A stretch of DNA of 64,000 bases, taken from positions 144,120 to 208,119 of the forward strand of contig CAYRHT010000002.1 of the NCBI GenBank assembly GCA_964424195.1. Direction: 5' to 3'. Positions 57,849 through 64,000 of the stretch are shown one piece after another; positions within the stretch are counted from its first letter, which is position 1, and every line of letters begins with the position of its first letter. The DNA is from an uncultured Gammaproteobacteria bacterium (GTDB lineage: Bacteria; Patescibacteriota; Patescibacteriia; UBA1558; S5-K13). The position numbers were made by a program, and so were the translations under genes. Below the pieces are notes generated by a model that had not been told where the DNA came from, ran no database searches, and was given only the letters and a program-made list of their open reading frames with translations.

Positions 57849-57928
57849 ATGCGGACTTTTGTTTTGAAATTAAATACTGAACTGCTTTAAAGCACAATAA
57901 TAATTCAAGAACAAGTAAAAGTCCGCAT
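57849..57928. other. Long-stem hairpin element (12-bp perfect stem ATGCGGACTTTT/AAAAGTCCGCAT, 56-nt loop containing a TGCTTTAAAGCA palindrome)
   Basis: Perfect inverted repeat seen directly. Confidence 0.4.
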
Positions 57929-57958
57929 ATTTTCAATTTTCCTCCGAATTATATAGAC

Positions 57959-58036
57959 GGGAGATTTGTTTACCTGAGTCTGTCATGTTTAGAGCATTTA
58001 TATTGATGACTCAATATCCGATAAACAAAATCTCCC
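57959..58036. other. Long-stem hairpin element (14-bp stem GGGAGATTTGTTTA/TAAACAAAATCTCCC with 1-nt bulge, about 49-nt loop)
   Basis: Inverted repeat seen directly. Confidence 0.4.
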
Positions 58037-58088
58037 TTTAAATTTATACAGTATTAGAAGATTATAGTATTTATCGTTTTTTGTCAAT

Positions 58089-58116
58089 TAAAAAATCCCG
58101 GAGAACGGGATTTTAA
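58089..58116 (-). terminator. Terminator AAAATCCCG-GAGA-ACGGGATTTT after 58134..59408
   Basis: Perfect 9-bp stem; same hairpin sequence as 39475..39497. Confidence 0.5.
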
Positions 58117-58133
58117 AGTATTCTTTGGGTTTT

Positions 58134-59408
58134 TTAGTAGAAACAATCATATCTTCCACTACTAGGCTTATTAATGACTTTACAATCAAAAACTTCTAAA
58201 CAAATATTTTTTTGGTTTTCATCACTCATTTCATTACATTGATTTTTCCATTCGGGGGTAGTTTTTTCATCAAGTGTTTTGTATTGTAAAACATCGTACA
58301 TGCACCCTTTAAAAGTAGAAGGATGTTTTTCTTGTTTTATATTTTCACAAATTGTTATAGATTTCATATATTTTGCCACTCGAAATATGCAGTAATTTTT
58401 CCTCTCTTTTAATTCATTACATAATTCAACATTTTTTCTTACAACCGCTATTCCTGATATACAAAGTTCTTTATTTTCCTCATCTTCTAAATCATAACAA
58501 CTTTCCAAATCTCTATTCTTAACATTCACATCTTTAATGCATCTATTACGAGAATCTAAAGTCTCAATTTCTAAACAGACCTCAGGGTCTTTTTTTAAAA
58601 GAGCAATCATACTTAAACATTTATTAGGGCGTTCTAGATTTTCTTTACAGGATTTCCAGTTACGAGTATCTATATATAGATCATTAAGACATCTTTTTCT
58701 ATTATAATCAGTAAGTTTTTCACAAAATTCTTCGGTAATTTCTATTTTATATTTATAATCACCAAGACTTTTACTATATATTTGAGAATAACATTTTTGT
58801 TGATTAGCTTTTTTTACTTGGAGGTTACAGATACTAGGATTTTTTAATAAATCTACAGCAACAGTAGTTATAATATCTTTATAATTAAAGAATGTTATTA
58901 AAGAAAAAGATATAATTCCAATAATAATACTAATTAATTTAAATTTTTTGTAGTTAATTTTAATAATTTCATGTTTCTTATTTTCATTTTCTTCTAGAAT
59001 AAATTTAAATATTGTCATTACTACGATAATGGCTAGGATAAGTAGTGTAACTATCGTAAATTCGCTAATCATAGCTTGACTGGTTGACGGACCAAGAAGC
59101 ATCGAAATTAATTTTATTTTAAATAGGGAAAATACCAAGACAAAATATACAATAGTTAATTTGGAGATTAAATATAATTTTTTCTTTCTTTTTGAACTTA
59201 CTTTTATTTTTTGGAGAAAATAATTTAAATAGAAACTTAGAATAATAACTAATATTAAAAAAATTGGTAATGCCGCAACAATACTGAAATATCCTAGAAA
59301 AGACCAAAATATCTGCCAAAAAATTTGTTCGCTTAAACATAATAATAAAAGTATTACTATAAATAGTATACTAATAATTATTTTTTGTTTAACTAATTTC
59401 TTTTCCAT
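58134..59408 (-). CDS. Membrane protein with N-terminal multi-TM region and Cys-rich extracytoplasmic domain (424 aa)
   Basis: 5-6 TM helices then about 22 Cys in repeated C-x(n)-C pattern; KINYKKFK motif shared with 60707..61267. Confidence 0.5.
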   Translation of the reverse strand: MEKKLVKQKIIISILFIVILLLLCLSEQIFWQIFWSFLGYFSIVAALPIFLILVIILSFYLNYFLQKIKVSSKRKKKLYLISKLTIVYFVLVFSLFKIKLISMLLGPSTSQAMISEFTIVTLLILAIIVVMTIFKFILEENENKKHEIIKINYKKFKLISIIIGIISFSLITFFNYKDIITTVAVDLLKNPSICNLQVKKANQQKCYSQIYSKSLGDYKYKIEITEEFCEKLTDYNRKRCLNDLYIDTRNWKSCKENLERPNKCLSMIALLKKDPEVCLEIETLDSRNRCIKDVNVKNRDLESCYDLEDEENKELCISGIAVVRKNVELCNELKERKNYCIFRVAKYMKSITICENIKQEKHPSTFKGCMYDVLQYKTLDEKTTPEWKNQCNEMSDENQKNICLEVFDCKVINKPSSGRYDCFY

Positions 59409-59412
59409 AATG

Positions 59413-60672
59413 TTATTTCCCCCAATACTTTATAGCATCATAATATTCTTGAAAGTATTCTTTGGGTTTAGTTTTAGCTTTTTTATCAATAGCTAGCTCT
59501 ATAGATTGCCAACAAGCTCTAGCACCAGCAATAGAACCATCAGGATGTCCATGTAGTCCTCCACCAAAGTTAATAATTAAATCTTCACCAAGTATTTTAA
59601 TCATTTTAGCTACTAATCCTGGATGTAATCCACCAGAAGCAATTGGAAGAGTTGGTTTTATCTTACCCCAATCTTCTCTGAGAACTAGATTAATTCCAGC
59701 ATCTTCTTTTAAAGCTAGGTTAATTTCTTTTACTTCTTCCTTAGTTCCATCCATTTTACCAACAACTGTTCCGGTATGTAATTGATCTATTCCAGCTAAT
59801 CTGGCTAACTTAGCAATAACTAACATAGTCATACCATGTCGAGGATCACGAGTAAACATAGAATGTCCAGCTCGATGACCATGAATGATCATTCCTAAAT
59901 CTAATTTTCTTAAAACTTGAACATTATCTAAACCTACAGAAACTAAATCTACCATTACACATTTACCACCATGTTTTTTAACAAACTTAGCTCGATTTAA
60001 CATAGTGTCCATTGGAGCAGTGATATTGAAAACATGTATTTTCTTACAACCAGTTTCTTTTTCAGCTTTTCTTTTTAACTTCATTACTTCTTTAACTCTA
60101 GTTTCAAACTTGTTAAAGCCCATACTAGTCAGATTTTCATCATCTTTTACTACATCAATACCATTAGTCCAAATGTTGTAAGCTAATTGAGCATGTTGTT
60201 TTGATGTTAGACCTACTTTAGGCTTAATAATTGAACCAACTAGAGGTCTATTCTTAATACCAACTAACTTTCTAACTCCATTAATACCTAATTTAGGTCC
60301 TTGAAATGAATTAATGTATTTAGTTGATAGACTTAAATCTTCTAATCTTAATTTATCTACACATTTCATTGAGAAAATATTACCAGCTAAAGATGAAAGT
60401 AATTGAGGAATACTTCCTAATTCAAATACTTCAATAGGATAGGCTATTTTAACTATCTTAGTTTTTTTGTTAATTGAATATACTTGAGGAGCTAATTTAT
60501 TGAAAGTTTTTTGTTCTAAAGTGCCTAATGTTGTCCAAGTACCAATAGAAGATTCTTTAGCTACTTCAATAGCTGCGTCTTTCAAGCTTAATTTAGATTC
60601 AATTCTAAAAGTAGCAATAATATCATCTTTCTGAGGTTTGTATTTTAGATTAACAAAGGAAGTCTTTTTCAT
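59413..60672 (-). CDS. rbcL: RuBisCO large subunit, form III-like (II/III) (419 aa)
   Basis: Active-site motifs KPKVGL, GIDVVKDDE (carbamylated Lys), HGHRAGH, SGGLHPG, GGGLHGHP all present. Confidence 0.85.
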   Translation of the reverse strand: MKKTSFVNLKYKPQKDDIIATFRIESKLSLKDAAIEVAKESSIGTWTTLGTLEQKTFNKLAPQVYSINKKTKIVKIAYPIEVFELGSIPQLLSSLAGNIFSMKCVDKLRLEDLSLSTKYINSFQGPKLGINGVRKLVGIKNRPLVGSIIKPKVGLTSKQHAQLAYNIWTNGIDVVKDDENLTSMGFNKFETRVKEVMKLKRKAEKETGCKKIHVFNITAPMDTMLNRAKFVKKHGGKCVMVDLVSVGLDNVQVLRKLDLGMIIHGHRAGHSMFTRDPRHGMTMLVIAKLARLAGIDQLHTGTVVGKMDGTKEEVKEINLALKEDAGINLVLREDWGKIKPTLPIASGGLHPGLVAKMIKILGEDLIINFGGGLHGHPDGSIAGARACWQSIELAIDKKAKTKPKEYFQEYYDAIKYWGK

Positions 60673-60706
60673 GTTTTTTTATTTTATTATGTGTATAAAG
60701 TATTTA

Positions 60707-61267
60707 TTATAAAAAATAATATAAAAAATAAAGAGAAAGTCCTGTCATAAGGCTAATCCATTTTAATTTTTTATAATTAATTTTAATGCAAGGGAGTTCT
60801 TTATTTTTCTTTTCTTTAAAAATCACAAAGACTATTATTACAAATAAAATTAGGGGTGATAATATTAAAATTGTTATACTAAAAAAGTTGAGTGATGAAA
60901 TGAGTAATGGAATAAGTGATGAAAGAGGAAGTTGGATACTAAATATTCTCAATTTAAATGCATAAAAAAATAAAATTAAAAGGGTGATTATAAATTTGGC
61001 AGTTCTATATATATTTCTTTTTTGTTCTACTTTTAGTTCTAATCTATTCATGAAATATACAAAATAAGAACTTAGACTAATAAGTATAATTGAAAATATA
61101 ATCATAACTATGGAAATAGCTATTCCAAAAGAATTGAAATCTACTATATTAATTCTCATGATGTCAATGTCTAAAATATCAATATAGAATAAAACCATTA
61201 TTGCTAGAGATAATAATATTGCTATTCCTAAATTTATGAATAATTGTATTTTATTATTTTTCTTCAT
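60707..61267 (-). CDS. Multi-TM membrane protein, truncated paralog of the N-terminal half of 58134..59408 (186 aa)
   Basis: Same TM topology and shared IKINYKKLKWIS motif. Confidence 0.45.
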   Translation of the reverse strand: MKKNNKIQLFINLGIAILLSLAIMVLFYIDILDIDIMRINIVDFNSFGIAISIVMIIFSIILISLSSYFVYFMNRLELKVEQKRNIYRTAKFIITLLILFFYAFKLRIFSIQLPLSSLIPLLISSLNFFSITILILSPLILFVIIVFVIFKEKKNKELPCIKINYKKLKWISLMTGLSLYFLYYFL

Positions 61268-61273
61268 AGTTTA

Positions 61274-62200
61274 TTATTTTTTTATTAACCAAGGATAATG
61301 TTTAAGAACTGTTTTCTTAATATCTTTTGGTTTTAATATTCCAAATTCACAAATAATACCAGTAATGAATTCTGCTGGGACATAATCAAAAGCAAAGTTT
61401 ATAATATCAAAATGTTTCTGATCTCTTTTCTGCCAAACTTCAGAATCTTCTCTAATTTCAATGTCTACTATGTTATCTGAATCTACTTTGAAGAGGTTGC
61501 CAGCGATATACAAAGGTACTTTATTATATTTAGCAGCTAAAGCTATGCCATAGGATCCAATCTTGTTTACTATGGAACCATCCCAGGAAATAGAGTCACA
61601 ACCAATAATAATTTTATCCATCATTAAATGTTTTCCAGAATGCTTGGAGATAAAAAAATCGGCCGCGGAATCGACTAACATAGTTGTATTTATCCCAGCC
61701 TTAGTTAATTTCTGAGCTGTAGTTCTTCCTTGAAATAATGGTCTAGTTTCAGTATTAAATACCTTTATTTTTTTATTCTTTGATCCTATTAAAATATTCT
61801 CTACAGCTGATGAATGACAATGAGTAAAAACTTTATCTTGTTTTTTAACAATATTAATTCCTTTTTTAAATAATACTTGCTTATTCTTCTTTAAAGTTTT
61901 TACAAACTCATCTGAATATTTATTAATTAACTTTAAAGCTGTTTCAGTATCTTTGATTGAAGAGTTTTTTAGTTTAAAGAATACATATTTAACAGCATTT
62001 TGAGCCATTGGTTCAGTAGCTCTAATTAAACTAGCTTTCTCAGCAATGTTTTTAGTTTTTTTAAGGAATTGCTTTAATGGTAAATTCTTATTCTGTTTAG
62101 CTGTTAATTTTAATATTTCTAAGGTAGCTAAGCAAACATTTGTAGCTCCTTGAATCTTTATTTTCTTAATATCTAAGATTAGTTTCTTTATTTTATTCAT
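61274..62200 (-). CDS. Ribose-1,5-bisphosphate isomerase (eIF-2B alpha/beta/delta family); start re-assigned to MNKIKKLILD
   Basis: Collinear with archaeal R15P isomerase (THCHSSA, TETRP..QG, GCDSISWDGSIVNKIGSYGIALAAK); the upstream in-frame extension overlaps the preceding gene. Confidence 0.7.
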   Translation of the reverse strand: MNKIKKLILDIKKIKIQGATNVCLATLEILKLTAKQNKNLPLKQFLKKTKNIAEKASLIRATEPMAQNAVKYVFFKLKNSSIKDTETALKLINKYSDEFVKTLKKNKQVLFKKGINIVKKQDKVFTHCHSSAVENILIGSKNKKIKVFNTETRPLFQGRTTAQKLTKAGINTTMLVDSAADFFISKHSGKHLMMDKIIIGCDSISWDGSIVNKIGSYGIALAAKYNKVPLYIAGNLFKVDSDNIVDIEIREDSEVWQKRDQKHFDIINFAFDYVPAEFITGIICEFGILKPKDIKKTVLKHYPWLIKK

Positions 62201-62204
62201 ATTT

Positions 62205-63809
62205 TTATTTCTCTTCCTCTTTATTTTCTTGAGCTTCTTCTTTACCAATTTTAAAAGCATCTTCTAAACTCATTTTCTTAGATTCCTTATTCAATTCTTT
62301 ATCTTTTTTAATTGTTGTAAAACAATCATTACAATAGACTGGTCGAACACCATCTGGTTCAAAGGGAACTGATATTTCTTTGGAACATTCATCACATTTA
62401 GTTTTATGAAGTCCTTCTTTGCTCTTAAAACTACTGTCACCTTTAGAAACTGATCTTTTTTCTTCTTTTTTTGTAGTTTGAGAAGGCTTAGTACCTTGAG
62501 CATCATGTTCTTGAGAGATTATTTCTTCTTCTACTCCTCCACTCCATTTTAATATTTTTCTTTCTACTACTTCTCTGTTTGCAGTATATTTCTCTCGAGA
62601 AACTCGAATAACTTTGTCAGTTGTTTCCGCTCCATTATCTGGAATTGGTATTGGTTCTAAAGTTAAAGATTGAAAAGGACTGGAAGCAATTCCATCAATC
62701 ATTAATTTAATATATATTTTGTATTTTGCTAAATTAACTAAATCTTCTGGAGAAATATTAGGAGCGAATTCTTTTTCTAAAAATTCAGCATCAGCTGCTC
62801 CAATTCTAAAAACTATTAAAGTTCCAACATTACCAAAAATAGCGGCAGCTACTGATTCTTCTAATTGTTCTATGTATTGATGAGCAACTATTAAGTTTAA
62901 TCTGTACTTTCGAGCTTCAGAAAGAATATTAGTAAATGATTCGGTAGCAAAGTTTTGAAACTCATCAACATAGAGATAGAAATCAGCTCTGTCTTCTTCC
63001 GGCATATCAACTCGACTCATAATTGCTAATTGAATCTTAGTAATAATCATTGCTCCTAGTAAAGCTGAATTATCTTCCCCAATTCTACCTTTGGATAGAT
63101 TTAAGAGAAGAATCTTTTTACTATCAACCACATCTCTTAGATCTAATGATGATTTAACTTGACCTACAATATTTCTAGTTAAGGGAGTAGAAAGAAAACG
63201 ACCAACTTTATTCTGAATCGGAGCTATAACTTCAGCTTGAAACTTTTGAGGATATTTATCATATTCATCTATCCAAAAGGAACGCACTACTGGATCGGTA
63301 AGATTTCTGACAACTTTAGACCTATAATCTTTATCAACTAACATCCTCATAATACCTAGAAGAGTAGAATCTGGATATTCTAAAAGAGCCATAATAGTAT
63401 TATTCAAAACATATTCTAAACGAGGTCCCCAAGAGTCAGCCCATATTTTCTTAAAAATTCCTAGTAATCCTGAAGCAATTAGATGTCTTTTCTCAGGATC
63501 TACATTCTCTAAAACATTGAAGGCGATAGGATGTTCATAATCAGCTGGATTAAAATAGATGACATCATTTATTCTGTCAGATGGTATAAAATTCAATACT
63601 TTTTCTACTAAATCACCATGAGGATCAACTAAAGCAATTCCATGACCATTTCTAATATCCTGAATAACCATATTTTCAATCATACAAGACTTACCCATAC
63701 CAGTTTTTCCAACTAAATACATATGACGTCTACGATCGTCAGTTTTAATACCGAATTTCTTGTATTCTCCTCGGTAATCAGTTTTAGCTAATAATGTTAT
63801 TTCACTCAT
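62205..63809 (-). CDS. VirD4/TraD/TraG-like (FtsK-HerA superfamily, DUF87-like) P-loop ATPase with C-terminal CxxC zinc ribbon
   Basis: Walker A VGKTGMGKS, Walker B YLYVDEFQNF, C-terminal CDECSKE...CNDCF. Confidence 0.55.
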   Translation of the reverse strand: MSEITLLAKTDYRGEYKKFGIKTDDRRRHMYLVGKTGMGKSCMIENMVIQDIRNGHGIALVDPHGDLVEKVLNFIPSDRINDVIYFNPADYEHPIAFNVLENVDPEKRHLIASGLLGIFKKIWADSWGPRLEYVLNNTIMALLEYPDSTLLGIMRMLVDKDYRSKVVRNLTDPVVRSFWIDEYDKYPQKFQAEVIAPIQNKVGRFLSTPLTRNIVGQVKSSLDLRDVVDSKKILLLNLSKGRIGEDNSALLGAMIITKIQLAIMSRVDMPEEDRADFYLYVDEFQNFATESFTNILSEARKYRLNLIVAHQYIEQLEESVAAAIFGNVGTLIVFRIGAADAEFLEKEFAPNISPEDLVNLAKYKIYIKLMIDGIASSPFQSLTLEPIPIPDNGAETTDKVIRVSREKYTANREVVERKILKWSGGVEEEIISQEHDAQGTKPSQTTKKEEKRSVSKGDSSFKSKEGLHKTKCDECSKEISVPFEPDGVRPVYCNDCFTTIKKDKELNKESKKMSLEDAFKIGKEEAQENKEEEK

Positions 63810-63818
63810 GAATATTAT

Positions 63819-64000
63819 TTAATCTATAAATGGTAAATTAGAAGGTGGTTCTAAACTACCTTGATTATCCTTTTTTTGAACAACTTCTTTTTGTTCTTTT
63901 TTTCCTTTTGAAATTGGTAAGTTCTTAGGAGCTTTAATACTTTCTTCTTTAAATTCTTTTTGGAATTCTTTCTTTTCCTCTGGATTTTTAGCAAACTTAG
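63819..64000 (-). CDS. Lys/Glu-rich hypothetical protein, C-terminal fragment (continues beyond window)
   Basis: Open minus-strand frame ending TAA at 63819..63821, 9 nt upstream of the next gene's start. Confidence 0.3.
   Translation of the reverse strand, partial: KFAKNPEEKKEFQKEFKEESIKAPKNLPISKGKKEQKEVVQKKDNQGSLEPPSNLPFID

Noticed and set aside
57038-58116. tmRNA, RNase P RNA or SRP RNA in the non-coding regions around the tRNA cluster
   Set aside because: No tRNA-like GGGG...CCA ends with a resume-codon region, no P4 pseudoknot consensus, and no SRP domain IV motif could be recognised by eye. Only simple long-stem hairpins were seen, so these are reported as unclassified hairpin elements.
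1-64000. Mobile elements, integrases, prophage or CRISPR-Cas
   Set aside because: No transposase or integrase-like ORFs, no terminal inverted repeats flanking gene blocks, and no repeat-spacer arrays were found. The only compositional islands are 38.1-38.9 kb (GC-richer) and the 9.0-10.6 kb plus-strand cassette, neither with recognisable mobility genes.

Overview
This is a dense, AT-rich (about 30% GC) bacterial chromosomal window that uses the standard code: TAA/TAG stops dominate and TGA appears only in ATGA start/stop overlaps. The gene content points to an uncultivated, small-genome (CPR/Patescibacteria-like) lineage. Most genes lie on the minus strand.

Main content, in order along the window:
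- A 5' partial P-loop kinase, tRNA-Ser/tRNA-Gln, and a small basic protein.
- A tandem pair of tiny DnaJ-type CxxCxGxG zinc-finger proteins; the second carries an in-frame TGA exactly at a Cys position.
- pyrG, rplI, a C-terminal processing protease, and murA.
- A long cell-envelope glycan operon: rmlA, rmlD, rmlB and rmlC with NUDIX, HIT, a GT-C glycosyltransferase and unknown proteins interleaved, interrupted by a plus-strand three-gene cassette of unknowns.
- A second envelope locus with GT4/GT2 glycosyltransferases, epimerases, metK, a GtrA-like protein, an S8 subtilisin and a Wzx-like flippase.
- A GC-richer two-gene cassette encoding a Cys-rich 62-aa peptide.
- The alaS-infA-rpmJ-rpsM-rpsK-rpsD-rpoA-rplQ-rplM-rpsI block, in which rpoA lacks the alpha-CTD and ends in a Lys-rich repeat.
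- mnmA and an AMP phosphorylase.
- Three paralogous secreted beta-helix/FN3 proteins with T9SS-type C-terminal sorting domains, each behind an identical consensus TTGACA-N17-TATATT promoter and a conserved long leader.
- An MBL/beta-CASP RNase, proC, and a tRNA cluster (Glu and Ala plus a tRNA-like gene with a 19-nt anticodon loop) flanked by long-stem hairpins.
- A form III-type RuBisCO flanked by paralogous membrane proteins, a ribose-1,5-bisphosphate isomerase, and a VirD4/TraD-like ATPase.

No CRISPR array, IS element or integrase was seen.
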